Below are positions 27,313 through 32,000 of a stretch of 32,000 nucleotides of DNA, piece after piece (positions within the stretch are counted from its first letter, which is position 1; every line of letters begins with the position of its first letter). The notes under the pieces are model-generated. The model was not told the origin of the DNA, ran no database searches, and saw only the letters and a list, made by a program, of their open reading frames with translations. Origin of the DNA: Vibrio alginolyticus NBRC 15630 = ATCC 17749 (GTDB lineage Bacteria; Pseudomonadota; Gammaproteobacteria; Enterobacterales; Vibrionaceae); assembly GCF_000354175.2 (NCBI RefSeq), contig NC_022349.1, positions 3,150,001 to 3,182,000 on the forward strand, in the 5' to 3' direction. The translations under genes and the position numbers were made by a program.

Positions 27313-27456
27313 ATTGAAAATATCAGAACAGATTTAGAGATTCTAAACCCTGCGTTTAAGGCAGATTTAGCAAGTAACTTTTACGGTCAGTGCTTATCCA
27401 AATGAGAGTAAAGCTGGCCGCTTCGCAAAAGCTTGCGAACTCAACAGGAGAGCAAA

Positions 27457-28611
27457 ATGGCTGTAACAGTTAGTACTAACGTCTCCGCGATGACCGCGCA
27501 GCGTTACCTAAACAAAGCGACTGATGAATTAAACACGTCGATGGAGCGCTTATCTTCAGGACATAAGATTAACAGTGCAAAAGATGATGCGGCAGGTCTA
27601 CAGATCTCTAACCGCTTAACTGCACAGTCTCGTGGCCTAGATGTCGCAATGCGTAACGCGAACGATGGTATCTCGATTGCACAAACCGCTGAAGGTGCGA
27701 TGAATGAGGCAACCTCTGTCATGCAACGAATGCGTGACCTTGCGATTCAATCATCGAACGGTACTAACTCTCCGGCTGAGCGTCAGGCGATCAACGAAGA
27801 GTCAATGGCATTGATTGACGAGCTAAACCGTATTGCAGAAACCACTTCATTTGGTGGTCGTCGTCTATTGAACGGCTCATTCGGTGAAGCGGCATTCCAG
27901 ATTGGTGCGAGCTCAGGTGAAGCCATGATCATGGGACTCACCAGCATTCGTGCGGACGATACTCGCATGGGCGGTGTGACCTTCTTATCTGAGAACGGTA
28001 AAGATAAAAACTGGAGCGTTGACCCAGCTAAATCTGACTTGAAGATCACGCTACCAGGTATGGGTGAAGACGAAGACGGCAATGTTGATGATCTAGAAAT
28101 CAACATTAATGCCAAAGCGGGCGACGACATCGAAGAGCTTGCCACTTACATTAATGGTCAGTCTGATATGATTAATGCGTCTGTAAGTGAAGATGGCAAG
28201 TTGCAAGTTTTTGTCGCGCATCCAAACGTTCAGGGTGAGATTTCTATTTCTGGTGGATTAGCATCTGAGCTTGGCCTGAGTGATGAACCTATCAGAACGT
28301 CAGTACAAGATATTGATATGACCACGGTACAAGGTTCTCAAAACGCGATTTCTGTGCTGGATTCGGCACTGAAATACGTAGACTCGCAACGTGCAGACTT
28401 AGGTGCGAAGCAAAACCGTCTGAGTCACAGCATCAACAACTTGGCAAACATCCAAGAAAACGTTGACGCATCGAACAGCCGAATTAAAGATACAGATTTT
28501 GCGAAAGAAACCACGCAAATGACCAAAGCACAAATTTTGCAACAAGCAGGTACATCGATTCTTGCTCAAGCGAAACAGTTGCCAAACTCTGCAATGTCAC
28601 TATTGCAGTAG
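27457..28611 (+). CDS. flaC: Polar flagellin, paralog 1 (flaC by V. parahaemolyticus positional nomenclature)
   Basis: It starts [51 protein letters not shown].. and ends ..[43 protein letters not shown]. An AGGAG SD is present. The upstream ORF-track start at 27433 is rejected. Confidence 0.93.
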   Translation: MAVTVSTNVSAMTAQRYLNKATDELNTSMERLSSGHKINSAKDDAAGLQISNRLTAQSRGLDVAMRNANDGISIAQTAEGAMNEATSVMQRMRDLAIQSSNGTNSPAERQAINEESMALIDELNRIAETTSFGGRRLLNGSFGEAAFQIGASSGEAMIMGLTSIRADDTRMGGVTFLSENGKDKNWSVDPAKSDLKITLPGMGEDEDGNVDDLEININAKAGDDIEELATYINGQSDMINASVSEDGKLQVFVAHPNVQGEISISGGLASELGLSDEPIRTSVQDIDMTTVQGSQNAISVLDSALKYVDSQRADLGAKQNRLSHSINNLANIQENVDASNSRIKDTDFAKETTQMTKAQILQQAGTSILAQAKQLPNSAMSLLQ

Positions 28612-28800
28612 TTTACTTAGCCTGTACTCAATACATTCAGACGTGGATGGGAATGCAGGCTTTTGGCAAGCAGCTTTACAATAGAATGAGCGGCTCTCTC
28701 ATCTCTCACCTGCCAATCATTTTCAATGTAAAGTTGCACTCGGTATGCCGGAAATGTGTTCATTTCTCTTGATCTCCACATAGGCTCTGGCGACCAACCT

Positions 28801-28840
28801 AGCCCCAGTTCTCTCAAAGGAAAAGGGGCTTTTTCTTTTC
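28801..28840 (+). terminator. Loose candidate terminator for flagellin 1 (6-bp stem, 18-nt loop, T-rich tail)
   Basis: AGCCCC-(18 nt)-GGGGCTTTTTCTTTTC lies about 190 nt after the stop. An alternative weak candidate is GCCTG 28620-28624 / CAGGC 28656-28660 plus TTTT. Confidence 0.3.
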
Positions 28841-29009
28841 TAATCTTCACGTCTATCGTCTGCGAACTTACCTTTAATTGTTTCCTTTTACTGGTTTTCT
28901 ATACAGTTTAGCCCTCTCGGCTCGATTTGTGGAAACTTGAGCACTTTTTCTTACTTTTCTTCAATTTTATTAGCTAAATCTCGCAATGTTATTTTTTTAA
29001 ACTTTTTTC

Positions 29010-29036
29010 TAAAGCTTCTGAATTTGGTGTCGTTAA
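29010..29036 (+). promoter_or_regulatory. sigma28 (FliA) promoter of flagellin 2: TAAA-N15-GTCGTTAA
   Basis: TAAAGCTTCTGAATTTGGTGTCGTTAA has exact N15 spacing against the consensus TAAA-N15-GCCGATAA, 82 nt upstream of the ATG. Confidence 0.7.
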
Positions 29037-29117
29037 TAGAGGTAACTTTGAGAGAACTACTTGGTTTTCCGAGACGTCGGAAACCGCTACACCGGAAAAT
29101 CAATTGGAGAAATCACC

Positions 29118-30251
29118 ATGGCAGTGAATGTAAACACTAACGTATCAGCGATGACCGCTCAGCGTTACCTAAACAACGCAAACTCAGCTCAACAAACTTC
29201 TATGGAGCGTTTGTCTTCGGGTTTTAAAATCAACAGCGCAAAAGATGACGCTGCGGGTCTACAAATCTCGAACCGTTTGAACGTACAAAGCCGTGGTTTG
29301 GATGTAGCGGTTCGCAACGCGAACGACGGTATCTCGATTGCACAAACTGCTGAAGGTGCAATGAATGAGACCACTAACATTCTTCAACGTATGCGAGACT
29401 TGTCTCTGCAATCAGCAAACGGCTCAAACTCGAAATCAGAGCGTGTGGCGATTCAAGAAGAAGTGACCGCGCTCAACGACGAACTAAACCGTATCGCAGA
29501 AACCACTTCTTTCGGTGGTAACAAGCTACTAAACGGCACACACGGTGCGAAATCGTTCCAAATCGGTGCGGATAACGGTGAAGCAGTGATGCTTGAGCTA
29601 AAAGACATGCGCTCAGACAACAAAATGATGGGCGGTGTGAGCTACCAAGCTGAAAGTGGTAAAGGTAAAGACTGGAACGTTGCTGAAGGTAAGAACGACC
29701 TAAAAATCAACCTAACGGACAGCTACGGCCAAGAGCAAGAAATCAACATCAGCGCAAAGGCGGGTGACGATATCGAAGAGCTTGCGACTTACATTAACGG
29801 CCAAACTGACCTAGTGAAAGCCTCAGTAGACCAAGACGGTAAACTGCAAATCTTCGCTGGCAACAACAAAGTTGAGGGCGAGGTCGAGTTTTCAGGCGGT
29901 CTATCTGGTGAACTAGGCTTAGGCGAAGGCAAAAAAGTAACAGTAGATACTATCGACGTAACCTCAGTTGGTGGCGCACAAGAATCTGTTGCTATCATCG
30001 ATGCGGCACTGAAATACGTAGACAGCCACCGCGCAGAGCTAGGTGCATTCCAGAACCGTTTCAACCACGCAATCAGCAACTTGGACAACATTAACGAGAA
30101 CGTGAATGCGTCGAAGAGCCGTATCAAAGATACAGATTTCGCGAAAGAAACGACGGCAATGACCAAATCACAAATTCTATCGCAAGCGTCAAGCTCAATC
30201 CTTGCGCAAGCGAAACAAGCGCCTAACTCAGCGCTAAGTCTGCTAGGTTAA
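29118..30251 (+). CDS. flaD: Polar flagellin, paralog 2 (flaD by V. parahaemolyticus positional nomenclature)
   Basis: It starts [21 protein letters not shown].. and has conserved D0/D1 termini. A GGAGA SD is present. The ORF-track start at 29061 is rejected. Confidence 0.93.
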   Translation: MAVNVNTNVSAMTAQRYLNNANSAQQTSMERLSSGFKINSAKDDAAGLQISNRLNVQSRGLDVAVRNANDGISIAQTAEGAMNETTNILQRMRDLSLQSANGSNSKSERVAIQEEVTALNDELNRIAETTSFGGNKLLNGTHGAKSFQIGADNGEAVMLELKDMRSDNKMMGGVSYQAESGKGKDWNVAEGKNDLKINLTDSYGQEQEINISAKAGDDIEELATYINGQTDLVKASVDQDGKLQIFAGNNKVEGEVEFSGGLSGELGLGEGKKVTVDTIDVTSVGGAQESVAIIDAALKYVDSHRAELGAFQNRFNHAISNLDNINENVNASKSRIKDTDFAKETTAMTKSQILSQASSSILAQAKQAPNSALSLLG

Positions 30252-30275
30252 TCAATTTAACAAAGCAAGAAACCA

Positions 30276-30301
30276 AAGCCAGGCTCATCCCTGGCTTTTT
30301 G
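30276..30301 (+). terminator. Intrinsic terminator after flagellin 2
   Basis: AAAGCCAGG-ctcatc-CCTGGCTTTTT. Confidence 0.8.
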
Positions 30302-30367
30302 CTTATTGGCTATAACGATTCAGATGTGTCCTGACAGTATGTTCGATAAGGCATTCATATCGATTAG

Positions 30368-31492
30368 ATGATCTCTTTAAATTCCAATGTTTCTGCGATG
30401 GTGGCGCAGAGACACCTGAGTCAAGCAGCTGCGCAAAATGTTGAGTCACAACGCAACCTAACTTCGGGGTTTCGAATCAACTCGGCGAGCGATGATGCGG
30501 CAGGTTTACAGATATCGAATACTCTCCATGTACAAACGAGAGGGCTTGATGTCGCCTTAAGAAATGCGCACGACGCTTTTTCTGTTGCTCAAACAGCGGA
30601 GGGAGCATTGCACGAAAGCAGTGACATATTGCAACGCTTACGCTCTCTGGGGCTTCAAGCAGCAAACGGCAGTTATGACTCAAGTGATCGGCAAAGTATT
30701 CAATATGAGGTCGTAGCGCTGCAAGATGAGCTTGATCGTGTCGCGATCACGACAACATTTGCGGATAAAAACCTGTTTGATGGATCTTACGGTTCACAAA
30801 GTTTCCATATTGGCGCGAACGCTAATTCAATCTCTTTGACGTTACGTAACATGCGTAGCCATATCCCAGAGATGGGAGGGCAGCATTATGTTGGTGATGC
30901 GGTCGATAAAGATTGGCGAGTCACTAAAGATAACCAAACCCTAAAAGTCGAATACCAAGACAGTAAAGGGCAAACCCAAACGGAATCCATTGGACTCAAA
31001 TTGGGTGACCGCATAGAACAGGTCGCCACTTACATCAATGCTCAACAATCGATAGTGAATGCTTCAGTAACGGAAAACAACGAACTGCAATTCTTCGCTT
31101 CTACGATGAAGGCGCCAGAGGGTGTGGTTCTCGAAGGGAGTTTAGCGGATGAGCTTGATGTGAGCGCTGGTCAATTAGTCACAATGGATGACATCGATAT
31201 GTCGACGGCAGGTAAGGCGCAGCTTTCAATTGGGGTGATTGATGCAGCAATTAAGTATGTTGATTCGCACCGGAGTGAAATTGGCAGCTTTCAGAACCGT
31301 GTAAACGGCTCGATGGATAACTTAAATACTGTGAATCGGAGTGTTACAGAATCCAAGAGTCGAATAAGAGATACAGACTTCGCAAGAGAATCTACGGAAA
31401 TGGTGCGTTCTCAAGTGCTCCAAGATGCGACAACTGCATTACTCGCTCAAGCGAAGCAAAGGCAGAGTTCGGCACTTGGATTACTTAGCTGA
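30368..31492 (+). CDS. flaE: Polar flagellin, paralog 3, divergent (flaE by V. parahaemolyticus positional nomenclature)
   Basis: It starts [48 protein letters not shown].. and ends ..RIRDTDFARESTEMVRSQVLQDATTALLAQAKQRQSSALGLLS. An in-frame TAG lies immediately upstream of the ATG. No SD is present. Confidence 0.9.
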   Translation: MISLNSNVSAMVAQRHLSQAAAQNVESQRNLTSGFRINSASDDAAGLQISNTLHVQTRGLDVALRNAHDAFSVAQTAEGALHESSDILQRLRSLGLQAANGSYDSSDRQSIQYEVVALQDELDRVAITTTFADKNLFDGSYGSQSFHIGANANSISLTLRNMRSHIPEMGGQHYVGDAVDKDWRVTKDNQTLKVEYQDSKGQTQTESIGLKLGDRIEQVATYINAQQSIVNASVTENNELQFFASTMKAPEGVVLEGSLADELDVSAGQLVTMDDIDMSTAGKAQLSIGVIDAAIKYVDSHRSEIGSFQNRVNGSMDNLNTVNRSVTESKSRIRDTDFARESTEMVRSQVLQDATTALLAQAKQRQSSALGLLS

Positions 31493-31539
31493 GCGGATTT
31501 CATTGATGTAAGTCGATCAGAAACAAAATTTCAGGTAAT

Positions 31540-31568
31540 AAAAAACGCTGCCAATGGCAGCGTTTTTT
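31540..31568. terminator. Bidirectional intrinsic terminator between flagellin 3 and crr
   Basis: AAAAAACGCTGCC-aat-GGCAGCGTTTTTT has an A-run and a T-run flanking a GC stem between convergent genes. Confidence 0.9.
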
Positions 31569-31588
31569 CGTGTTCGATTAAGTAAAAA

Positions 31589-32000
31589 TTACTTAGTTAC
31601 ACGTAGAACTGGAGTTTCACCAACAGTTACAGAACCAGAAAGCTTGTTTAGCTCTTTGATTTCGTCCATGTTAGAGATAACAACTGGAGTTAGCGTTGAC
31701 TTCGCTTTCTCTTCTAGAAGAGCTAGATCGAATTCAATTACAGTGTCGCCAGCTTTAACAGTTTGACCTTCTTCAGCGATACGCGTGAAGCCTTCGCCTT
31801 TTAGTTCAACTGTGTCGATACCGAAGTGAACGAAAAGCTCAACACCGTCGTCAGACTCGATAGAGAACGCGTGATTAGTTTCGAAGATCTTACCGATAGT
31901 ACCGTTTACAGGAGCTACCATTTTGTTGCCTGCTGGCTTGATAGCAATACCGTCACCAACGATTTTCTCAGCGAAAACAACATCTGGCACGTCTTCGATG
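31589..32000 (-). CDS. crr: PTS glucose-specific EIIA component Crr; the 5' end lies outside the window
   Basis: It reads ..[68 protein letters not shown].. with the EIIA-Glc active-site His region. The reading frame stays open to the window edge. Confidence 0.95.
   Translation of the reverse strand, partial: IEDVPDVVFAEKIVGDGIAIKPAGNKMVAPVNGTIGKIFETNHAFSIESDDGVELFVHFGIDTVELKGEGFTRIAEEGQTVKAGDTVIEFDLALLEEKAKSTLTPVVISNMDEIKELNKLSGSVTVGETPVLRVTK

Noticed and set aside
27783-28145. 120-aa minus-strand ORF inside flagellin 1 (the 125-aa ORF at 29789..30166 inside flagellin 2 is similar)
   Set aside because: Both are antisense to flagellin genes, S/P-rich, and occur at equivalent positions in the paralogs. 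That pattern is what codon-bias-driven open antisense frames produce, not independent genes.
27457-31492. Three flagellin genes as a recent tandem duplication, a mobile repeat or a phase-variation cassette
   Set aside because: The paralogs are clearly diverged at the nucleotide level, especially the third. Each has its own spacer and signals, and there are no flanking inverted repeats or recombinase. This matches the long-known multi-flagellin arrangement of Vibrio.
1-32000. CRISPR arrays, IS elements, integrons (attC), and defence or toxin-antitoxin modules
   Set aside because: I scanned both strands and all intergenic gaps. There are no regularly spaced direct repeats, no terminal inverted repeats, and no ORFs with nuclease, transposase or toxin hallmarks.

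Overview
The window reads as a Vibrio (Harveyi-clade-like) chromosome-I core region. From left to right it holds a copper-efflux operon (copA plus a DUF411 copG-like gene) with a CueR-type promoter, then chitoporin chiP, a DUF2057/YccT-like periplasmic protein, gltX and an OmpA-family porin. Next come an orphan 168-aa ORF and tRNA-Arg(CCU). The rest is almost the complete polar-flagellum 'region 1': flgT, flgO-flgP, flgN-flgM-flgA, cheV-cheR, flgBCDE, flgFGHIJ, flgKL and three tandem flagellin paralogs. The 3' part of crr lies at the right edge. By eye I can place sigma54 (-24/-12) promoters ahead of flgT, cheV, flgB (two in tandem), flgF and flgK, plus a degenerate one ahead of the first flagellin. 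I can also place sigma28 promoters ahead of flgM and the second flagellin, and about ten intrinsic terminators. I found no CRISPR array, IS element, integrase, toxin-antitoxin pair or recognisable defence or novel multi-gene system, so this is mostly well-described core biology. The leads worth a second look are all small and modest. They are the unclassified 168-aa protein with two AP2/integrase-arm-like repeats next to tRNA-Arg, the 506-bp spacer between flagellins 1 and 2 (possible long 3'UTR or antisense small ORF), and the divergent, poorly signalled third flagellin. Several regulatory-architecture oddities also qualify: tandem sigma54 promoters, repeats downstream of the flagellin sigma54-like promoter, a 75-bp flgA/cheV control region and a 20-bp perfect palindrome in the gltX leader. 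All family calls come from reading motifs in the supplied translations; no database search was possible.
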